Assembly (NCBI GenBank): GCA_046485255.1
Contig: JAWOHI010000335.1
Span: forward strand, 1 to 27,897
Origin: Bacteroidales bacterium
GTDB taxonomy: Bacteria > Bacteroidota > Bacteroidia > Bacteroidales > UBA12481
Reading direction: 5' to 3'
Length of the DNA: 27,897 nucleotides
The position numbers and the translations under genes were made by a program. Positions 9,382 to 16,010 of the stretch are shown here, piece after piece. The notes under the pieces are model-generated. The model saw nothing but the letters and a program-made list of their open reading frames with translations, was not told where the DNA came from and did not search any database. Position 1 is the first letter of the stretch. Each line of letters opens with the position of its first letter.

Positions 9382-9411
9382 TGAGGGCTTATAACAAATA
9401 AGATACTGATT

Positions 9412-10908
9412 ATGAATATCCTGAACCTGTTCATCATCATTCCGGTCCTGACGATCGTGGGGATCCTTTTCACCAGGGACCATCGGGGAACACGGGTAAC
9501 GGCCGCCGTGGGGATGACCCTTCAGCTGATCACGGCAGCCATCCTGGCCATCTCCTTTTTCGCCCAGCGAAAGGCCGGCATCACCGGGGATTTCCTCTTT
9601 ATGAGCGACATCACCTGGTTCAAGTCGCTGAATATCCACTATCTGATCGGCGTTGACACCATTGGGGTCTGGATGATCTGTCTGACCGCAGTCGTCGTTT
9701 TTGCCGGGATCTTCGCCTCCTGGGAGATGGAGTACCTGGCGCGCGAGTTTTATATCTCCCTGATCCTGCTGGCCACGGGTGTTTTCGGGTTCTTTATCTC
9801 GCTCGACCTTTTCACGATGTTCCTGTTCTACGAACTGGCCGTGATCCCGATGTACCTGCTGATCGGGATCTGGGGCAGCGGCCCGAAAGAGTATTCAGCA
9901 ATGAAGCTGACCCTGATGCTGATGGGTGGGTCAGCCCTGCTGGTGGTCGGATTGCTTGGGATCTATTTCCATTCGGCGGATTCGGGCCCGGTCACCTTCA
10001 GCCTGGTTCAGCTGTCGGAGATCAGCTTCCCGATGGGAATGCAGCGTTTCTTCTTCCCATTCCTTTTTGTCGGCTTCGGCATCCTGGGCGCCCTCTTTCC
10101 CCTGCATACCTGGTCGCCCGACGGTCACTCCTCCGCTCCTACCGCGGTTTCGATGCTCCACGCCGGGGTGCTGATGAAGCTCGGGGGATATGGCTGCCTG
10201 CGCGTGGCGATGTACCTGCTACCCGAGGCTGCTGATGAAATGTCCTGGATATTTCTGATACTCACCACAATAAGTGTCGTTTACGGAGCCTTTGGCGCCA
10301 TTGTCCAGAAAGACCTGAAATACATCAATGCCTACTCATCGGTGAGCCATTGCGGACTGGTGCTGTTCGCCCTCCTGATGATGAACAAGACCTCCATCAA
10401 CGGAGCGGTGCTTCAGATGATATCCCACGGGTTGATGACGGCCCTCTTCTTTGCCCTGATCGGGATGATCTACGGGCGAACGCACACCCGAAACATCCAC
10501 GAAATGGGCGGATTGATGGCCGTGATCCCCTTCCTGAGCGTCGCCTACGTGATCGCCGGCCTCGCATCCCTCGGACTGCCCGGGCTGAGCGGCTTCGTGG
10601 CCGAGATGACCATCTTCGTCGGTGCGTTCCAGCATACCGACACCTTCCACCGGGTAGCCACCATCATCGCCACCACCTCCATCGTGATCACAGCCGTCTA
10701 TATCCTGCGGGTGGTCGGGCAGCTCCTGTTCGGGCCGATCCGGGAGAAGGAGTACCTGGAGTTTCCAGATGGCAAATGGTACGAGCGGATCAGCGTGGTG
10801 GCCCTGATCCTGCCGATCGGAATCATCGGGGTGTACCCCAGCTTCCTGTCCGGCTCGCTGATGGAGGCCATCAATCCGATTGTTGAACGACTAACAGCGA
10901 TGTTATAA
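9412..10908 (+). CDS. nuoM: NADH-quinone oxidoreductase subunit M
   Basis: FYELAVIPMYLLIGIWG, FPLHTWSPDGHSSAPTAVSMLHAGVLMKLGGYG, AYSSVSHCG, QMISHG, SLGLPGLSGFVAE. Confidence 0.97.
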   Translation: MNILNLFIIIPVLTIVGILFTRDHRGTRVTAAVGMTLQLITAAILAISFFAQRKAGITGDFLFMSDITWFKSLNIHYLIGVDTIGVWMICLTAVVVFAGIFASWEMEYLAREFYISLILLATGVFGFFISLDLFTMFLFYELAVIPMYLLIGIWGSGPKEYSAMKLTLMLMGGSALLVVGLLGIYFHSADSGPVTFSLVQLSEISFPMGMQRFFFPFLFVGFGILGALFPLHTWSPDGHSSAPTAVSMLHAGVLMKLGGYGCLRVAMYLLPEAADEMSWIFLILTTISVVYGAFGAIVQKDLKYINAYSSVSHCGLVLFALLMMNKTSINGAVLQMISHGLMTALFFALIGMIYGRTHTRNIHEMGGLMAVIPFLSVAYVIAGLASLGLPGLSGFVAEMTIFVGAFQHTDTFHRVATIIATTSIVITAVYILRVVGQLLFGPIREKEYLEFPDGKWYERISVVALILPIGIIGVYPSFLSGSLMEAINPIVERLTAML

Positions 10909-10920
10909 AAGGTTTACAAA

Positions 10921-12345
10921 ATGGAGAGTCACTCTTTTTTCCTGATGAGGAACGAGCTGTTGCTGGTTGGACTCGCGCTGGTGCTGCTCCTGGCCGAACT
11001 GGTCACCCCGGAGAGCAAGAAACAGGCCATCATCCCACTGGCGGCCATCCTGTTCGGGCTGGTCACCGCCGCCGGGTTCCTGCCGTTGCCCGAAGGCGAA
11101 CTGTTTGGAGGCAGCTTTGTCACCAACACGATGACCCAGTTAATGAAAAACATCCTCAACCTGGGGGTGTTCATCGTGTTCCTGCAGTCGTTCACCTGGC
11201 TCAAGCGGGAGGAGAACCAGGGCAAGATCGCCGAATATTTCATACTCCTGCTGTCCACCCTGATCGGGATGAACTATATGATCTCATCCGGTGATTTCCT
11301 GATGATGTACCTGGGTCTCGAACTGGCGACCATCCCGATCGCCGCCGTGGCAGCCTTTGAGAAGTTCAGCGAAAAGTCGGCCGAAGCCGGCATCAAGCTG
11401 ATCCTCACCTCCGCCCTCTCTTCGGGTATCCTGCTTTACGGGTTATCCTTCATTTACGGCACCACCGGCTCAATCTATTTCGAAGATATCGTCAGCCGAC
11501 TGTCCATCAATCCGCTGCAGACCTTTGGATTGGTGTTCTTTATAGCCGGGATGGCGTTCAAGATCTCTCTGGTGCCGTTCCATCTCTGGACAGCCGACGT
11601 ATACGAGGGGGCTCCCATCACCGTGACGGCCTACCTGTCGGTTGTCTCCAAAGGAGCCGCCGCCTTCACCTTCATGATCATCCTGTTCCGGGTCTTCGGC
11701 GCAATGACCGAGGTGTGGCAGCCACTGCTCTATACCCTGGCAGTCGCCACGATGACCGTCGGTAACCTGTTCGCAATCAGGCAGAACAACCTGAAGCGGT
11801 TCCTTGCATTCTCCTCCATCGCACAGGCCGGCTTCATCCTGCTGGGGATTCTGCAGGCGGGAGAGCTGGGTATGGCCACCGTGGTCTATTTTGTCCTGAT
11901 CTATGTCTTCACCAACCTGGCCGCCTTCGGGGTGGTCTCCATCATCTCGGAAGCATCCGGGCGCGAAAGGATCACCGACTACAACAGCCTCTACAAAACC
12001 AACCCCCGGCTGAGCCTGACGATGCTCCTGGCGATGTTTTCCCTCGCCGGCATTCCCCCGGTTGCCGGTTTCTTTGGAAAATTCTTCCTGTTCACCGCCG
12101 CCGGCGCCAAAGGATACTACATCCTGGTCCTGATCGCGGTGCTGAACGCAACCATTTCACTATACTATTACCTGCGGGTGATCAAGGCGATGCTTATCGA
12201 CCATTCGGATGAGCCGATCGCCACCTTCAGGACACCGCTATCGGCTCGTATCGGACTGATGATCTGTATTTTGGGCATCTTTACGATCGGCTTTGCCGGC
12301 TTCATCTACGACTATATTTCAACCATCAGTTTCGGAATAAACTAA
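10921..12345 (+). CDS. nuoN: NADH-quinone oxidoreductase subunit N
   Basis: YLGLELATIP, SAEAGIKL, FKISLVPFHLWTADVYEGAP, KRFLAFSSIAQAG, FSLAGIPPVAGFFGK, SLYYYLRVIK. Confidence 0.97.
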   Translation: MESHSFFLMRNELLLVGLALVLLLAELVTPESKKQAIIPLAAILFGLVTAAGFLPLPEGELFGGSFVTNTMTQLMKNILNLGVFIVFLQSFTWLKREENQGKIAEYFILLLSTLIGMNYMISSGDFLMMYLGLELATIPIAAVAAFEKFSEKSAEAGIKLILTSALSSGILLYGLSFIYGTTGSIYFEDIVSRLSINPLQTFGLVFFIAGMAFKISLVPFHLWTADVYEGAPITVTAYLSVVSKGAAAFTFMIILFRVFGAMTEVWQPLLYTLAVATMTVGNLFAIRQNNLKRFLAFSSIAQAGFILLGILQAGELGMATVVYFVLIYVFTNLAAFGVVSIISEASGRERITDYNSLYKTNPRLSLTMLLAMFSLAGIPPVAGFFGKFFLFTAAGAKGYYILVLIAVLNATISLYYYLRVIKAMLIDHSDEPIATFRTPLSARIGLMICILGIFTIGFAGFIYDYISTISFGIN

Positions 12346-12352
12346 CCAGGAT

Positions 12353-12679
12353 ATGGCATTGAACCAGGGAAAGCATAGCATTGAGGTGATCGACGGCAGG
12401 CGCTGCACGTTGGTCGAGAGCGGGATCACCGCGGAAAGGGCCGGGTTCCTGCGATCGATCCTCGAATTCAACGGGTATGAGGTTAAAACCGAGACCGATG
12501 CAGAAGGGCTGGTGAAGATCGGTGTAACCGACCTGGTATTTCACGCCGTGGTGGATGTGTACAAGCGAAGGCTCAAAACGCCCAACGGCCGGATCATTAC
12601 CCCTGCTTACTGGCTACAGTTGACCGACCGGCAGACCGAGGCCGAAGTCAATTACTGGCTCACCCCGGGACGGGATTAA
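12353..12679 (+). CDS. Hypothetical soluble protein, 108 aa, last gene of the nuo operon
   Basis: ATG 7 nt after the nuoN stop, preceded by AGGA. Globular composition with no TM segment and one Cys (IDGRRCTLVESG), plus ITPAYW. No family recognised with certainty. Confidence 0.75.
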   Translation: MALNQGKHSIEVIDGRRCTLVESGITAERAGFLRSILEFNGYEVKTETDAEGLVKIGVTDLVFHAVVDVYKRRLKTPNGRIITPAYWLQLTDRQTEAEVNYWLTPGRD

Positions 12680-13299
12680 CAGCCTCCGGAAACCTTTTTC
12701 TTCGCCGGTTGGCGGATGATCGTGGGTCGCGGTGCACCCGACTGTTCCGTTGTCGGCGTGATGGCGGCTCCGCCTCCGCCCAGTGCCGTACCTGCGGCAA
12801 GCCTGAAATCATAGCGGGCCAGTTCCTCATCCGGACTTGTAGAGGCCGGTTTATCCGGGTTCAAAATGGTTTCAACCCAGTGGTTGAGTCCGCCTTCCAG
12901 CACGTAATTATTCTGATATCCAAGCTGCCTCGTGATCATCCACGCCTGGTTGGCCACCAGGGTTCCGTTTGAATAGAAGATGTTCATCCGAACATCCTGG
13001 TTCAGGATATCGCTCCATTCGCTGTTGAGCAGGTCGGCAAACGGGATGTTGATAGCTCCCGGAAGGCTGTACTTTTCAAATTCATCCGGATCGCGCACGT
13101 CGATCAGTTGAATGGACGGATCCTTGCTTACCAGGAGGTCGGCCAGCTCATCCGGGCTGAAAAACTGGTAGCGGCTATTGGCTTCTTCAAGCAACTGATT
13201 GGCCGTCAATTTATAAGGCTTCGTTGTATTTTGCGGAACCGCGGCTATGATCAGTCCCAGCCCGACAATGGCAATCGACAAAATGACCCTTGATTTCAT
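12676..13299 (-). CDS. N-terminally anchored/secreted rhodanese-fold protein, 207 aa, with C-terminal GGC
   Basis: Hydrophobic N-terminus MKSRVILSIAIVGLGLIIAAVP, then LIDVRDPDEFEKYSLPGAINIP and YVLEGGLNHW. The active-site loop reads FYSNG (Ser at the usual Cys position). ATG 13299 is preferred over 13353, which overlaps the upstream gene. Confidence 0.88.
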   Translation of the reverse strand: MKSRVILSIAIVGLGLIIAAVPQNTTKPYKLTANQLLEEANSRYQFFSPDELADLLVSKDPSIQLIDVRDPDEFEKYSLPGAINIPFADLLNSEWSDILNQDVRMNIFYSNGTLVANQAWMITRQLGYQNNYVLEGGLNHWVETILNPDKPASTSPDEELARYDFRLAAGTALGGGGAAITPTTEQSGAPRPTIIRQPAKKKVSGGC

Positions 13300-13316
13300 T
13301 TTCCTGTAGATTAAGG

Positions 13317-13907
13317 TTAATACTCCTCGCGCGGGAACCGCTTCTCGGCCCATTCGGCGGCATAGAACATCCCGACGGCGGCAAGGATCACGCCCAGCGC
13401 CAGCAATCCATCGGAGAGGCCCAGCGATTCACTAAGCTTGGGGCTTCCCTTGAAGCCGGCCAGATAGAGTTTCTCCCAGAGCGGGTATGTTTCCGAAAAG
13501 ATGATCACCCCGATGAAAAGGCCTCCCACGAAAACCATCGCATCGATCTTGCCGATGGCTGCTCCGCAGAAGCTGGTACCGGGACAAAAGCCGCCGATGA
13601 TGAATCCGGCTCCCATCACCACGCCTCCGATGATGGCCGAGGTGAGATAGGTGGGGTTGACATAGACCAGGCTGAGGTCGACCCAGCCGAAAAGGCTCAT
13701 AAAAAGCAATCCGAGCATTGCGGTGATGGCCGCCGTGAAGAAAACCTTAAGCACGACGGCATCGTAGCCATAGAAAACGCCTGCCAGCTTGCGGCTGGAG
13801 GAAAACCCGCTGCTTTCCAGCACCATACCAAAGGCGATCCCGATCAGGAAGGCCAGAAGGAAGTTGGTATCTTCCGAAATGATATCATTGACAAATAGTG
13901 GTCCCAT
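13317..13907 (-). CDS. YeeE/YedE (sulfur-compound transporter) family half-size membrane protein, 196 aa
   Basis: AFLIGIAFGMVLESSGF, VFFTAAIT, IIGGVVMGAGFIIGGFCPGTS (G-x-C-P-G-T motif), GLFIG. Confidence 0.88.
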   Translation of the reverse strand: MGPLFVNDIISEDTNFLLAFLIGIAFGMVLESSGFSSSRKLAGVFYGYDAVVLKVFFTAAITAMLGLLFMSLFGWVDLSLVYVNPTYLTSAIIGGVVMGAGFIIGGFCPGTSFCGAAIGKIDAMVFVGGLFIGVIIFSETYPLWEKLYLAGFKGSPKLSESLGLSDGLLALGVILAAVGMFYAAEWAEKRFPREEY

Positions 13908-13925
13908 TGTGTTCTTGGTTTTAGG

Positions 13926-14456
13926 TTAGATCCAGTTTTTGCGGAAAAAGTAGGCCAGGGCGAAAGCGGTTCCGAAGATGGCGGCCATCGTGATGAAGCC
14001 GCCCAGTGAAATGACGGCCATGCCGCTCAGGGCAGATCCGCTGGTGCATCCGCGCCCCAGCTGCGATCCAAAGCCGAACAGGATCCCTCCGATCGCGGCC
14101 AGGAAGAGCCTCTTCCGAGAGGTGATCTTCGGGCTATGCTCCACCTTGAGCTTCAGCCGGCCCCACAGGGCGCCTGAGACGAAGCCCCCGACCAGCACCC
14201 CAGCCATCTGGAAAACCAGCCAGCTACGCAAGGGCTTGTCGTGGTCCTTCATATAATCGTTATAGTAGGCGTTCCGCTCCACGTGGCGGGGGGAGATGGT
14301 TTGTGTGGCAGCCACCACCGCACTCTTGACCGCACCGCTGGCCCCGAGGCCCCGGCCTGAAATGAAATTCGCGGCAAGCAAAACCAGGCCCAGCAAAACA
14401 CCCCCCAGGTAAGGATTCAGGTACCTGCGCGATTTGTCTTTAACCATACTTTCCAT
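13926..14456 (-). CDS. YeeE/YedE family half-size membrane protein, about 176 aa
   Basis: YLNPYLGGVLLG, GRGLGASG, GGILFGFGSQLGRGCTSGSALSG (G-C-T-S-G motif). Start is uncertain: 14471, 14456 or 14447. Confidence 0.88.
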   Translation of the reverse strand: MESMVKDKSRRYLNPYLGGVLLGLVLLAANFISGRGLGASGAVKSAVVAATQTISPRHVERNAYYNDYMKDHDKPLRSWLVFQMAGVLVGGFVSGALWGRLKLKVEHSPKITSRKRLFLAAIGGILFGFGSQLGRGCTSGSALSGMAVISLGGFITMAAIFGTAFALAYFFRKNWI

Positions 14457-14476
14457 AATTGCTCTATTCAATTGTT

Positions 14477-14524
14477 CTATCTATCTATCCAACTATCAAA
14501 CTATCCAACTATCATCTATCATCA
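14477..14524. repeat. Intergenic short tandem repeat array (CTATC core)
   Basis: CTATC occurs at 14477, 14481, 14485, 14493, 14501, 14509 and 14516 (spacings 4,4,8,8,8,7), between the nrfD/psrC stop and the first yeeE gene. Confidence 0.8.
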
Positions 14525-15463
14525 GTACATCCACCGGCTTGCCTGACCCGCATAGACCAGGATGAACCGGAGCATCAGGCCTCCGAAGATGACCAGGATG
14601 GCAGGAATGTAAACCGGGACGCGGTATTTCATCAGCTCCAGGACTTCGAGCAGGGCGGGCAGGATCAGCCCCATCGCGACCACCAGGATCCAGAAAGGTG
14701 CCGTGTAGGGTCCGCCGAGAAAAAGGTTGGCCGCATCGATCTGTACCTGCGTGCTGGCCAGAAAGCCCATAAAGAGGTGTACGATCAGGAAAAGCTCTAT
14801 CGCAATCAGCAGCAGGTCGATACGGGCAAAAGTCTTGCGCTCCTCGTGGTCCCTGGAAAACAGGATGATGGCGGCAGCACCGGTTGAAAGGCCCGACACC
14901 AGGAACAGGGGCCCCAGGATCGAGGTGTTCCAAAGCGGCCGGGCATTGAAAGCCGACAGGAGTATGCCGGTATAGACCCCCAGGATCACCGCGCAGACGA
15001 TGATCAGCCAGGCGAGCACCTTCTTGTATTTGATGAAAAAGGCTTCCAAACTATTGAGCCACTGGTATTTCCAGTCCCACCGCGGAAAAACGTCGCGCAG
15101 GTGGATGGCTGCCCAGATAAACGATATCGGGGTGATGACCATCAGGGTCCAGGCTCCCCAGGACATCGGCGACTGGAGGCGTATGGTGGTGTATAGCTGC
15201 CAGAAATAGAGTTTGTGCTTCAGGTCGAGGAACAGTGCGAACAAGCCCAGGACCAACAGGACGGGAACGATCAGCGGGGCCACCTTCACGGTTGCCCGGT
15301 ACTGTTCCTCCTTGCCCCGGATAACGAAAAGGGCCGCAAAAAAGAGGATGCCGGCCGCCAGTCCCCCCAGGAACAAGTATAGGGGGATTTGCCAGTGCCA
15401 TATATTCAAATGCGGATCGATGAATGGGTTCATCCTGCCGCTGACGATGATCTCTTCTCTCAT
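14522..15463 (-). CDS. psrC: NrfD/PsrC-family quinol-interacting membrane subunit, 313 aa
   Basis: WHWQIPLYLFLGGLAAG, LFLDL, SPMSWGAW, GVYTGILLS...ARPLWN, LFLVSGLSTG, GGLMLRF...AGQ; about 8 TM. Confidence 0.92.
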   Translation of the reverse strand: MREEIIVSGRMNPFIDPHLNIWHWQIPLYLFLGGLAAGILFFAALFVIRGKEEQYRATVKVAPLIVPVLLVLGLFALFLDLKHKLYFWQLYTTIRLQSPMSWGAWTLMVITPISFIWAAIHLRDVFPRWDWKYQWLNSLEAFFIKYKKVLAWLIIVCAVILGVYTGILLSAFNARPLWNTSILGPLFLVSGLSTGAAAIILFSRDHEERKTFARIDLLLIAIELFLIVHLFMGFLASTQVQIDAANLFLGGPYTAPFWILVVAMGLILPALLEVLELMKYRVPVYIPAILVIFGGLMLRFILVYAGQASRWMY

Positions 15464-15476
15464 AATGTGCTATCGG

Positions 15477-16010
15477 TTAGATCAGAAAATAGAGATGCGG
15501 CTTGGTCCCGGCCTCCGGGATCAGGGTTTTGTATTTCCTGTTTTTCAGGACGATGGACACCGGGCTCTTCGGATCATCCAGGTCGCCGAAATACATACAC
15601 TTGGTGGGACACACCGACACGCAGGCCGGTTCGAGGCCCTTTTTCACCCGGTGGATGCAGAAAGTACACTTATCCACATAACCTTTTGGGTGCGAATATC
15701 TTGCATCATAAGGACAGCTGGCAATGCAGGCTCCGCAGCCGATGCACCGGTGAGGAGTGACCAGCACGATCCCCCCGTCGGCGTAGTGGCTCGCCCCGGT
15801 TGGGCAGCAACGGACGCACGGGGAGTTTTCGCAGTGGTTGCAACGCTCCGAGCGGATCTCGATCTCGAGCTGGGGGTAAGTGCCATCGGTCACCTCCACT
15901 ACCCAGTCGCGGCAGTACCCAATAGGCACCTCATTTTCTGTCTGGCAGGCCACCACGCAATCGCTGCAGCCCACGCATTTCAGGGTATCGATCGCCATTG
16001 CGTATCTCAT
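15477..16010 (-). CDS. psrB: 4x[4Fe-4S] electron-transfer subunit (PsrB/NrfC-like), 177 aa
   Basis: CVGCSDCVVAC, CNHCENSPCVRCCP, CIGCGACIASCP, KCTFC...PACVSVCP. No signal peptide. Overlaps the psrA stop (ATGA). Confidence 0.93.
   Translation of the reverse strand: MRYAMAIDTLKCVGCSDCVVACQTENEVPIGYCRDWVVEVTDGTYPQLEIEIRSERCNHCENSPCVRCCPTGASHYADGGIVLVTPHRCIGCGACIASCPYDARYSHPKGYVDKCTFCIHRVKKGLEPACVSVCPTKCMYFGDLDDPKSPVSIVLKNRKYKTLIPEAGTKPHLYFLI

Noticed and set aside
7465-12345. Mrp Na+/H+ antiporter or 2M complex I variant
   Set aside because: Exactly one each of NuoL, NuoM and NuoN in canonical order; no MrpB/C/E/F/G and no second nuoM.
12676-12690. Selenocysteine at the rhodanese C-terminus (GGC-U, thioredoxin-reductase-like)
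   Set aside because: The codon after Cys is TAA, not TGA. Neither molybdoenzyme ORF is interrupted by an in-frame TGA at the metal-ligand position.
14477-14524. Mini-CRISPR or REP-type element
   Set aside because: Units are 4-8 nt with no spacers, no palindromic stem and no cas genes.
14522-16010. NrfCD of cytochrome c nitrite reductase, or alternative complex III
   Set aside because: No CxxCH multiheme cytochrome genes (nrfA/B, actA/E) nearby; the partner is a PsrA/PhsA-type molybdoenzyme.
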